From: Octopus bimaculoides
Lineage: Eukaryota
Assembly (NCBI RefSeq): GCF_001194135.2
Contig: NC_068983.1
Location: 91,864,252-91,928,251 of the forward strand
Direction of reading: 5' to 3'
DNA length: 64,000 nt
Shown here: positions 1 through 10,134 of the stretch, in pieces
Numbering within the stretch: the first letter of the stretch is position 1
Layout of the letters: every line of letters begins with the position of its first letter
Notes under the pieces: model-generated
The model's database searches: none
What the model was told of the DNA's origin: nothing
The model's input: only the letters and a program-made list of their open reading frames with translations
Made by a program: the position numbers and the translations under genes

Positions 1-119
1 TCTAAACTTTTTTGTACTTTTTGCTTTTTCCTATTGTCGTTTCTCTCAATCTGCACTTGTTACCTTGCCTCTCCCTCCCTCCCATTCTTTTTCCCTTTTG
101 TCTCATCCACCCCTTCTCT

Positions 120-402
120 TTGGCTGACCGGTTCGTGGAACACCTCCGAGACATTAGACTCGGCAATGACACCCTAGTCTCATGCCATTTCCGTTCTACC
201 GGTCACTCTTTACAACACCTGTCTGTGTTTGGATTGTCCTTGCACAAGGCCGATCCGGATTCCCATCTTCGCTGTGAGTAGGGATTAATCTTCTCTCTTC
301 ACTCCTTTGCGCCATATAGGCTCAACTCTCCTCCCCTCTTTATCTAACCTCCTCCTCTCTTCCTCACACACTTACTTTCTCCCACCCACCTCTCCTCTCT
401 TG
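120..402 (+). repeat. Pseudo-LTR: 283-bp direct repeat of the PLE 3' end (second copy 1657-1939)
   Basis: TTGGCTGACCGGTTCGTGGAACACCTCC...CCCACCTCTCCTCTCTTG occurs at 120-402 and 1657-1939 with scattered mismatches; partial tandem structure typical of PLEs. Confidence 0.9.
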
Positions 403-1890
403 CTATGGCACCACCAACCTCTCCTCTCTTGCAACTGTCCCACCAAACTCATCTCCAGATATCTTGACCATGTCCTTGCCCCCTACTGGCTTCTCTCCCC
501 TCTCACATCCATGGCACCAACCATGCTCTTCGTTTGTTCTACTCTTTCACCTTCTCTAAACTTCTTGTCACTCTTGACATCAAGAGTCTATACACGGTGA
601 TCCCTCACCACGAGGGGTTGCATGCACTCCAACATTTCCTTGACCTCCAACCCAGCCCCCAACCTGGCACATCCACACTCATTCGTCTGGCCGAACTTGT
701 CCTCTCACTCAACTGCTTCTCATTCGCTGGTGATTTTTATCAGTAGTTCTCAGGGGTGGCCATGGGAATGAGAATGGGTCCCAACTATGCAAACCTGTTC
801 ATTGGCTATGTTGAGGCCCAAATATTCTCAAGTTTCACTATATTGACGACTGTATCAGTGCAACCTCACTCTCCCATGAACATCTAGACTCCTTCCTCTC
901 TTTTGTCAAAGCTTTCCATCCCACCCTCCACTTTTCCTGCACTATTTCCGACACCTCAGTCATCTTTCTCGACATTTCGGTCAGCATTCATTACTCCACT
1001 CTCACCACCTCCATCCACTACAAACACACAGACTCACACTCACATCTCAACTTCTCCTCCTCCCACCCTAAACATACCATGCTCTCCATCCCCTATTCCC
1101 AATTCCTCCATCTACACAGGCTCTGCAGTGACGACCATGACTTTCAGACTCAATCTCAACTCATGGCTCGCCACTTCATCCTATGTGGATATCCCCTCAC
1201 CACTATCCACACCACCCTTGCCAGAGCACGTTCCTTGGACTGTGCAACTGCTCTCTCCCCCTGCACCCACAGCACCATCTCCCGTTTTCCGTCCCCTACC
1301 AACCCACCATTCTACCTCTCCAACGCACCATTCTCCGAGCCTTCTGGCAACTCCAATCCAACCCCTCCACTTCACACATCTTCCCTAACCGACCCCTCCC
1401 TTCCTTCAAACGAGCCCACAACCTACGAGACCTCTTGGTCCACAGCTTCTTCCCTAACCCAACCTCCCTCATTCCCTGCACCCACCCATGCTGCCGCACT
1501 TGCCCTTACCTCTCCAACACTACTACCCTCCTCACAGGCACCCATCATCAACCCTATCATATCACTGACTCCTTCACCTGCACTTCTAGCAACATCATCT
1601 ACTGCATCTCCTGCTCTCTCTGTCCTTCTCTATACATTGGTCAAATGGGACGCCGCTTGGCTGACCGGTTCGTGGAACACCTCCAAGACATCAGACTCGG
1701 CAATGACACCCCAGTCACGTGCCATTTCTGCTCTACCGGTCACTCTTTACAACACCTGTCTGTGTTCAGATTGTCCTTGCACAGGGGTCATCTGGATTCC
1801 CATCTTTGCCGTGAGCAGGGATTAATTTTCTCTCTTCACTCCTTTGCACCACATGGGCTCAACTCTCTTCCCCTCTTCATCTAACCTCCT
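120..1890 (+). mobile_element. Penelope-like retroelement (Penelope/Poseidon type), decayed RT + C-terminal GIY-YIG endonuclease
   Basis: Frameshifted RT motifs LVTLDIKSLYTVIP (ORF 534-746), GVAMG..MGPNYANLF, YIDDC (~839-853), SSHP..LSIPYSQFLHLHRLCSD; endonuclease FTCTSSNIIYCISC..LYIGQMGRRLADRFVEH (ORF 1183-1884). Confidence 0.93.
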
Positions 1891-1939
1891 CCTCTCTTCC
1901 TCACACACATACTTCCTTCCACCCACCTCTCCTCTCTTG

Positions 1940-2310
1940 TTCTGGTACCTACTTCCTCTCTTCACTCCTACCCACCTTATCCCTTCCACCCTCTCCCTTC
2001 ATCGTCACCCCCTCCCTCGTTACGCTACCCCTACACATTCCAACCCCACCATCCCTATACATCCAATCCCTGAGACCCCACCCTTGCTACCCCCACCCTC
2101 ACCTCCCCCACACACCCATACCACACATCCACACCTCACCACACCATACCACACATGCACACCTCACCACACCACACCAAATCACATCACTCCGCACATA
2201 CTAACACTGACCAATTCTCAGCACCCACCCAGCGCACGCACTAGCACTGACCACTTCTCAGTACCTACACCATCATCCACACCCCTACACATGCACACAC
2301 GCACACACAT
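1940..2310 (+). repeat. C/A-rich low-complexity tract (probable PLE 3' UTR)
   Basis: Degenerate (CA)n/(CCA)n/(CCT)n runs directly after the PLE ORF end. Confidence 0.6.
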
Positions 2311-2399
2311 CTTCGTTTTGGGATCACCACTATTTTGTTATCTACCCTTCTTCCCAGCTCTCCTGTGTGACCCCTCTGTCTGGCATTCACCATGATAGA

Positions 2400-2578
2400 T
2401 CACTAGCAACTAAACCTTTTTCTATTTTCTCTTCCTGTTTATTTCTTCGTTCCTTTCTGTTGAAGAGCATTGGATCGAAACATGAAAGACTTTCTCACTT
2501 CCCGAATGTTAAACTAATGCATCTGTTTGTTGTTTACACACCTGTCTTTGTCTTTTGCTTTTTTGTAAATTCTCATTA
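2400..2578 (+). repeat. Dispersed ~180-bp repeat, probable PLE 3' terminus with hammerhead-like motif
   Basis: CCTTTCTGTTGAAGAGC..GAAAC..AAAGACTTTC...CACCTGTCTTTGTC followed by (TA)n; related copies near 9330-9480(-), 30490-30665(+), 48490-48640(-). Confidence 0.7.
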
Positions 2579-3071
2579 TATATATATATATATATAGATA
2601 TATCAGGTCATCCCATAAGTTCTCTCCGATTTTACCTGTTTTAAAATTGAATGAAATTTAATAGTATTTTAGAATGTCTAATGGAATTTAAAATTATTTT
2701 TATGCATTTGTGTACATTTTAACAAATTAAATATTATTTTACAGAAGGATAGAATTGTAGTAACGCCTGCGCATGCGTAGTCTTACGCATGCGTAGAATT
2801 AAACAAGCAAGCGTTTTTTCTCTTTCTCGCTGGCCAGCGATTGAGCATGGACGTGTGTTTTAAGCTGTCTCTACATCTTTCGGTCATACACTCGACAGCT
2901 CGTTATTCTCACCTCTAAAGATGTATAACTAAAGATATGTATGTTTACCACCTAAATAAATGTTGTTTAAGTTGTTTAGCCTGGAGTTCAGCGTCCCGTT
3001 TATATTCTATAATTTTATAGTCGAAAGTCAAGTATACAATCTAAAGATGTATAACCCACTTTCTACTAAAG

Positions 3072-3086
3072 TGGTGACCCCCGACG
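3072..3086 (+). promoter_or_regulatory. Primer-binding site, tRNA-Trp type
   Basis: TGGTGACCCCCGACG vs canonical tRNA-Trp PBS TGGTGACCCCGACG(TGAT); one extra C. Confidence 0.8.
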
Positions 3087-3752
3087 AAGAAAAAACGCAG
3101 CATAGACTCTGGACTACCAACTTATAACTGGTGAACCTCGACTAAAAGAACAAATACGGCCATGGAGACTGACTCATTACCAACATCTCCAACCATAGTC
3201 AACACGACTCAACAAGAGCGGTTTTTATTCTCGCCTCTGTTAGAGTGGATTTTTTTCCACTCATGAAAAACAGACAGGAATACGGCCTGTTTTTTATTAT
3301 GTTTTTATATATGTCGCATTCACACTCTCACATTACACATACATCTTTTATGCCACACAATAACTCTTGTCATTCATTTCATACGGTCGTTCTTTCATCT
3401 TGGGTTAAGAAAATTTTTCTTCGAGGTTTTCGCTAATGGTCGTACAGAGATTTGTCTGTCGATCGTTCTGTAAAAGCGTACCTCTTCAAACACTCATCAC
3501 CAAACAGCCTTTTCGCCACCAGCGTCGAGCGCCAACCAAGATTACCACCGTGACGACAACAATTACTACTACCAACTACAAGCATTCCCCCCGACGTCGC
3601 CAAGTTTCAACAGATCATTACCACTGTCAACATCATTGCCACCACACATACAGAACACAGCTATAGCAGTTCCTGCGCCGACGTCTTCATCAATGTACTC
3701 TATCTCGGTGTTTTGGGATTTTCTTGCAGTCTATACTACAGACACTTTCATT

Positions 3753-4070
3753 TGTTCTGTGTTTTTTCTCACACACACACTTGTGCACTCATACATTTTC
3801 TTTCCTTTCAGGGAAAACAAACACTCAAGACTTTTACATCGCATGATTCCAGTTTCCTGGACAGTTGTCATCACGGTTGTTTTGTCATTGTCATTTCATT
3901 TATACATTGCATGTTCTGTGTTTTTTCTCACACACACACTTGTGCACTCATACATTTTTTTTCCTTTCAGGGAAAACAAACACACAGACTTTTACATCGC
4001 GTGATTCCAGTATTCCTGGACAGTTGTCATCACGGTTGTTTTGTCATTGTCATTTCATTTATACGTTGCA
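3753..4070 (+). repeat. 159-bp tandem duplication inside the LTR element
   Basis: TGTTCTGTGTTTTTTCTCACACACACACTTGTG...CATTTATAC(A/G)TTGCA at 3753-3911 and 3912-4070. Confidence 0.9.
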
Positions 4071-4610
4071 TGCATGTATTTCACAAGTGTACTTTTCATT
4101 TCTTTGAATTTTCTTTGTGTGTGTTTGTACCACATCTTGTGGGTGGTTTTTCAGTGGCCATCCTGCCTCAGGCGTTCTAACAGATTTCATTTATCGTGCG
4201 TTTCCGCTCTGTAGTAACGCCTGCGCATGCGTAGTCTTAGGCATGCGTAGAATTAAACAAGCAAGCGTTTCCCGCTCAATTCATTCTCTTTCTCGCTGGC
4301 CAGCGATTGAGCATGGACGTGTGTTTAAAGCTGTCTCTACATCTTTCGGTCTTACACTCGACAGCTCGTTATTCTCACCTCTAAAGATGTATAACTAAAG
4401 ATATGTATGTTTTACCACCTAAATAGCGTCCGTCTATTTCTTTAATTTTATAGTAGAAAGTCAGGTATACAATCTAAAGATGTATAACCCACTTTCTACT
4501 AAAGAATTAAAATTTCTTTGATTAAAANNNNNNNNNNTATACAATCTAAAGATGTATAACCCACTTTCTACTAAAGAATTAAAATTTCTTTGATTAAAAC
4601 CCTTTCTAAT

Positions 4611-5560
4611 ATGGAAGTATCCAAAGAGCATTTGAGGTACATAATGCTTTATGAGTACATAAAAGGAAACTCTGCAGCTGAAGCAACTCGAAACATACAC
4701 TCAGTTTATGGGAAAGAATGCTTGAATGAAAGAACTTGCAGAAGATGGTTTGCAAAATTCAGAAGTGGAGATTTCAGCCTTGAAGATGATGATCGAACAG
4801 GACTTCGAGTTGAGTTTGATGATAAGCTCCTTGAGGCATTACTTGAAGAAAATCCTGCATTATCCGTTGAAGAATTGGCAATAAAGCTTAGTTCAAACCA
4901 TACACCTGTTCATTGTCATCTTCAACAACTTGGAAAATGGGTGCCCCATGAATTGTCTGGAAACAACTGCAAATCCCGAGTTGACATCTGCTCTTCTCTC
5001 CATTCTTGCGAACTCATTTCACCCTTTTTGGATAGACTGGTGAGGAAAAATGGATCTTCTGTCGAAATGTTAAGGGAACTTCATGGAAAAAAGGTTCTTC
5101 TCTCTATCTGGTGGGATTGCAAATGAGTAATTCACTTTGAATTGTTACCACCTAATGCAATAATCAATGCTCAAGTCTACTGTCAGCAATTAGAGCATTT
5201 GAACCAAGCTTTGAAGTAAAAAAGACCCGCTTTAGTGAATCATAAAGGAGTGATGTTTCATCAGAACAATGGGCGACCCCACACTGCAAAGATCACATCT
5301 CAGAAGATTGAAGAGCTTGGTTGGAAAAAATTACTCATCCACCTTATTCTCCTGACCTTGCTCCTTCAGACTACCATTTGTCTTGTAGTTTACAGAATCA
5401 TTTGGGGGACATAACTTATGCAAGCCAGGAGGAGGTCGAAACTGATATTTCAGAGTTCTTCACTTTGAAACCAAAAGAGTTTTACATTGAAGGGATTAAA
5501 AAACTTGTAAATAGATAGAAGGAAGTCATAGATAATCAGGGAAAGTACAATGATGATTAA
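4611..5560 (+). pseudogene. mariner transposase pseudogene
   Basis: MEVSKEHLRYIMLYE...RRWFAKFRSGDFSLED, WVPHEL, KKVLLSIWWD, HPPYSPDLAPSDYHL; internal stops, frameshift, and loss of the region carrying the first catalytic Asp (TxDEKW). Confidence 0.93.
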
Positions 5561-5816
5561 ATTTCAATTGAATATAACATGTGATCACTTGTTTTCTTTA
5601 TTCAAAATTCAGACAGAACTTATGGGATGACCTGATATATAGGTTATGTTTAAAATTAAAGTTGAGATAGGAGACTTTAAAATGAAGTATCCAAACCTTG
5701 TTTTGGGTACGTCCCTAGTAGTGTGCCTTGAGAGCACATTTACCACATGTGTCATCCATTGCACTGCACTTTAGTTGCAGGATCTATGTAAGGAATTTCT
5801 TGGTGCATGTTTAGTG

Positions 5817-6322
5817 TATTTCAAATAATTGATAGGGAAGACACAGTGTACTGTAAGCTTTATTTAGCACGATGATCATTTCAGTTTACATCTGCACTGT
5901 TCCCTATTGGGTGGGGAATAGCATAAGGGAATCGAATTCACCCCACAGTGCAGAAGAAATCTCATCAGGTTACATAATATGTTCCAGTGTTATAATCTGT
6001 ACATTTCACTACTGTGTGTGGCCATATGGTGTTGGTATGATGTGTGCATTTACAGTAGTTCACAAATCCATTAAGGATTTGTGAACTACTGTAAATACAT
6101 ATATCATACCAACACTATCTTGCCACACATAGTAGCAAAATGTATTTAACACTGTAACATATTACGTAACCTGATTAGGTTTCTTCTGCACTGTGGGGTG
6201 TATTCAATTCCATTATACCATTCCGCACCCATTAGGGAGCAATGCAGATGTAAAATGAAATGATCACCATGCTAAATAAAGCTTACAGTACATTCTGTCT
6301 TCCCTATCAATTATTTAAAATA
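5817..6322. repeat. ~505-bp imperfect fold-back palindrome (arms ~250 bp, loop ATTAA 6070-6074)
   Basis: ...GTAGTTCACAAATCC-ATTAA-GGATTTGTGAACTAC...; outer ends TAATTGATAGGGAAGAC / GTCTTCCCTATCAATTA. Confidence 0.93.
5865..5975 (-). ncRNA. Candidate type-I hammerhead ribozyme with extended stem II
   Basis: Minus strand: CUGAUGA-[GAUUUCU UCUGCACUGU...ACAGUGCAGA UGUAAACU]-GAAA-UGAUCAU-C; palindromic stem III (AUGAUCAU), AUC cleavage triplet; stem I weak. Confidence 0.5.
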
Positions 6323-6339
6323 TACATATATATATTATA

Positions 6340-7095
6340 TAGTGAACATCCCTACAATTCAGAGGCCAGTTGCTCATGCAGGAAGTATAATGACTGCCCA
6401 GTGGGAGGCCAATGTGAGGGGAGGTGGGTTGTATATGAGGGTGTGATGGTATCCCTAACAACCAGAATAATAGCAGCAGCATTTTGTCCAACAACAATGT
6501 TGAAAACAATGGCAGAAGTGGAGGTGGCAGCAGTAGCAATGCATCAAGCAGCAGAGTCACCAACACCAACAACTATGACTGCAGCACTACAGCTGGAGAT
6601 GACTGCTATGCTAGCAGCAGCAGGACTACTGAGCCCATGACCAGAAATAACAACACCAATGGCAGATCCAACACCACTAGCAAAAGCAGCAGCAACATCA
6701 ACACTATGGCCAGGAGTGACTACTATGCCAGCAACAGCAACACTGGACCCATGCACTGTAATAACAGCACCAATAGCAGCTTCAGTAACAGTAGCAACAT
6801 CAGGCCTGGGGCCAACATAAGAAACACCAGAGGTGATAACACAACCAACACTTAGAGATACATTGATTCAGCTAGAACTGCCTTTAAGTGACACCTGCAC
6901 CACCATAGGTCCTCTTTTAGGATTCTGGAAATATGTTACATCACATCAAGCCATGTGAGGTGCCTTAAGGATGAAGGAATTCTGTATGCAAATTAAATGG
7001 AGTTTTCTAGAACAACTGAGGTCCTATCTAAATGAGAGTGGATGATGCAAACTTTGCATAGCAGAGCAGACAAGGATCCTAATACACTTGCTTGA
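6340..7095 (+). mobile_element. PLE GIY-YIG fragment (Neptune-like), split by a trinucleotide-rich tract at ~6471-6855
   Basis: CSCRKYNDCPVGGQCEGRWVVYEG; after the tract YIDSARTAFK*HLHHHRSSF and IKWSFLEQLRSY...CKLCIAE. Confidence 0.7.
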
Positions 7096-7099
7096 CCTA

Positions 7100-8225
7100 G
7101 TAGCCAAAGCACCTCTGCAAGACAATGTTGATAATCTAGAAGCTAACACTATGGAGAGCATCCAGCAAATAACTAACTCCATCCCCCAGAGTATTAAAAT
7201 AATGATAGACTATCTTATTAGGAACCCAAACTATAATCTACCCGTTTTAGACACAGAACTCTGGTTAGAAACGAAGGTCCAAATCCTTTGATCTTATGCC
7301 AAACCCATGACCTCTAAGTACTTTGTTCATAAGAACACAGCTATTGTGGACATCGCCAAGTTCAACATTCTTATAGCTGAGTTGGTGAGAGTGAGGAGGA
7401 ATTTGTCTTGCATGAGTGACCCCATAGAATTAGAAAGACATGTACAACATTTCATCCACTGCATGCAGTTCTCTGGCTACAATCAAAGGGACAGGATTAG
7501 AGTGTACAAAGGAGCCAGGACTAAGTATAAAGCCACCAAAGAGTGTGGAGTGTGATGCTAAGGGGATCTGCTTGTTGTACAGGAGTAAATCCTGGAACAG
7601 CACAGGGAGGACCAGAAATAAGATAGATAAGGCCAACTCTTGGTATGAAAACAAAAAATACCAGAGCATCATGTTCATCTATGCTACTGCTGGTGGCGAA
7701 CTAGCATACCTTTTTAGAAAAACATTATGTAAGACTAATCTAGGGATTAGTAGTAGAAAGGCCCGGTGCCCCTATAAAAGTAGTAGGAAGTAGTAGAAAG
7801 GCCTGGTGCCCCTATAAAGTCCCTGATCTGTAGAACCTATCCCTTTGATAAGTCCCCATGAAGAGAGAGCAATTAATTGTGTTGTATGTAGGATGAACCC
7901 ACAAGTTAACTGCAAGGTTAGGAATATAGTGTATAGCTTACGATGTATTGAGGGATGGCGCAGAAACATGACAGCTACTTACATTGGAGAGACTGCACAC
8001 AGCATAGGGAGCATATAGGTGAACACTGGCGAGAACTCAAAGAAGAGAAAGGCTTGTCAGTGCTCTACCAACATGTTCAAGCAGAACATGGAGGCTTGAT
8101 TAATAGCATAGAGGTTAAAGTATTATTGATGCATAGAACTGATACAGCACTTAGACAGATCACAGAGGCTACACACATAGCAGTAAAGAGACTGAGCCTC
8201 AATAGAAAACACAAATGGAACAATA
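7100..8225 (+). mobile_element. PLE fragment of a different clade (RT thumb/linker + GIY-YIG)
   Basis: LPVLDTELW, YAKPMTSK, ELVRVRRNLS, MQFSGY; then NIVYSLRC, YIGETA, GEHWREL..SVLYQHVQAEHG, RQITEA..LNRKHKWN. Confidence 0.75.
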
Positions 8226-8229
8226 ACAT

Positions 8230-8900
8230 GCACCACCACACCACAGCACGACAGAAGGGAGAAGAAGATGAGAGAAAAGAAATAGTAATAAATAAAACAC
8301 AGATACAAACAGGGTCATACACACACAATAGACATATATGCACATGCCTGTGATACATATAAGAAATAGAGATAGATAAATAAAAAAATAAATATATTTG
8401 TCACATATCTGTGACATAAGAAATGGAGATAGATAAAAAATAAATATATAAATCTATATACAGGGCATGGATACAAACAACATAAGAAGTGAACCCTTAT
8501 ACATGCAAAAATACACATACAATAACTTCACAGATGGCTGCGACAGTATCAACAACATGACAAACAGCATCAGCAGCAGTGGTGGTGACAACAATGGCAA
8601 TAACAACAACAACTACCACAGTGGCAGCACCATGGGCAAACACACAAACATAGAGAGATACAGAAACTGTACCAAATTTTCGGGTCTTCGGGCAGCAGTA
8701 GCAACAGCAGAGGAAAGGATGGGGCTGAGGGGAAGGTCATACTACTACTAAGAACAATGACACACACGCAAACACACACACACATGCACGCATGCACACA
8801 TAAGAATACACATCATAGAAGAGCAGAATGTAATAAGAGGAGCAAGAGCATACACAAAGATGAAAAGTGTTGCTGAATAGGTCAGAGATGTGTGATGAAA
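8230..8900. repeat. Low-complexity mosaic (AAC/AGC/CA runs, short imperfect tandem repeats)
   Basis: Direct reading; the ORFs here are Asn/Ser- or Cys/Val-rich artefacts. Confidence 0.6.
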
Positions 8901-9045
8901 GATTTCTGGACATGAGTTAGAATAAGAACAGTAATAAATGAGTGAAGAACAAATAATATATAGTGCATGTGTTTATTCGGCAAGAGAAATAATGGGGGAA
9001 AAAATGACCATTCCAAAATACAATATCTATTTCAACACACAATTT

Positions 9046-9080
<35 letters not shown>

Positions 9081-9329
9081 CGAGAAAAGCAGCTAGTTCT
9101 AAAATCCCTAAAGGAGATATAAGTAGTAACAATATTAGACAATAATATTTTTTGCGCCACTACAAAATGGCTGTTCTATACAGAACTATGTTACTACATT
9201 TTAACCCCAGGAAAACATCTTTTCCAGCTGGTTAATGGCACACACCCTGAATCTGATATATTGTGAGTAAGGAAGTGAACCACTCCCCTCCAGCTTGGCA
9301 AGACTAGCAGACCATATACATATATATAT

Positions 9330-10130
9330 GGTTCAAGTGTACAGAAGACAGAGACAGGTGGGGGAACAACAAGCAGGTACATTAGTTTGACACTCATGAA
9401 AAATGGAAAAGTCTTTGACATTTTGAGCCTATGCTCTTAGACAGAAAGGGATGAGAAAAAAAAGGTAAGAGAAAAAATGTGTTGGGATTAATGGTTCCAG
9501 ATGTTGAAATTACAAGAAGGAAGAGGCCAATGGAAGGGAACATAACAGTGACCTTGCTAAACAGGGGTGCACAAGCATGCGTGCATATGTGCTTGTGTGT
9601 ATGTTTGTGCTTATGTGTGTGCATGAAGTGTGTGTGATACTATAGTGCACATGTGTATTGTGTGTGGTTATGTGTGAAAACTGTATGTGTTTATGCATGA
9701 ATATTGTGTGCTTATGTGCATATGTATGTGTGAGTGAGTGAGTGTAGTCACTGTTACTACTTGGTGTGTGTGAGAATGGGACTGTTGGATAAAGTGTGTG
9801 TGTGTGTAATGCTCTGTATTTGTGCATATGTGTATGTGTGTTGGGTGTTTGTATGTGTGAGGCCATCAGGCATATATGAGTGTGTTGTGGGGGGAATGCA
9901 CAGAAGTGTGAGGGAGAATGCATGGAGATGCAAGGTGGGATAGGGGTGACAGGAGGTAAGGGTTGAGAGGTGTCAGGTGCTTGTGTGTGTGAAGTGGGAA
10001 GAAGTGTGGGTGTGTGCATGTGCATGTGAGTATGTGTAGGTGTGTGGATATTGATGTGTAGTGGGGATAGTGAGTTAAATGGTGTGTGTAGGTGTTTGCA
10101 TTTACACACATACACACACACATATATGCA
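9330..10130 (-). repeat. Copy of the PLE-terminus-like repeat (9330-9480) plus (TG)-rich tract
   Basis: Reverse complement CCCTTTCTGTCTAAGAGCATAGGCTCAAAATGTCAAAGAC at 9411-9450; mirrors the CA-rich + terminus layout of 1940-2578. Confidence 0.55.
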
Positions 10131-10134
10131 TAAC

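Larger units (their letters stand above)
2756..4502 (+). mobile_element. Non-autonomous LTR retroelement (TRIM-like), LTRs 2756-3069 and 4210-4502
   Basis: Direct repeats TGTAGTAACGCC...TTTCTACTAA; 5-bp TSD AGAAT at 2751-2755 and 4503-4507; PBS 2 nt after the 5' LTR; no pol. Confidence 0.85.
2603..5635 (+). mobile_element. mariner (DD34D) transposon, full termini, carrying a nested LTR element
   Basis: TIR TCAGGTCATCCCATAAGTTCT at 2603 and its reverse complement ending 5635; TA on both sides; ~1.2 kb after removing the insertion and the gap duplication. Confidence 0.95.

Noticed and set aside
4466-4599. 62-bp direct repeat flanking 10 Ns
   Set aside because: Identical sequence on both sides of a minimal gap indicates unmerged contig overlap; same for 22065-22145.
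8467-8797. Asn/Ser-rich and Cys-rich ORFs
   Set aside because: Products of AAC/AGC/CA microsatellites; same for 903-1388, 1844-2395, 6260-6855 and 9510-10166.
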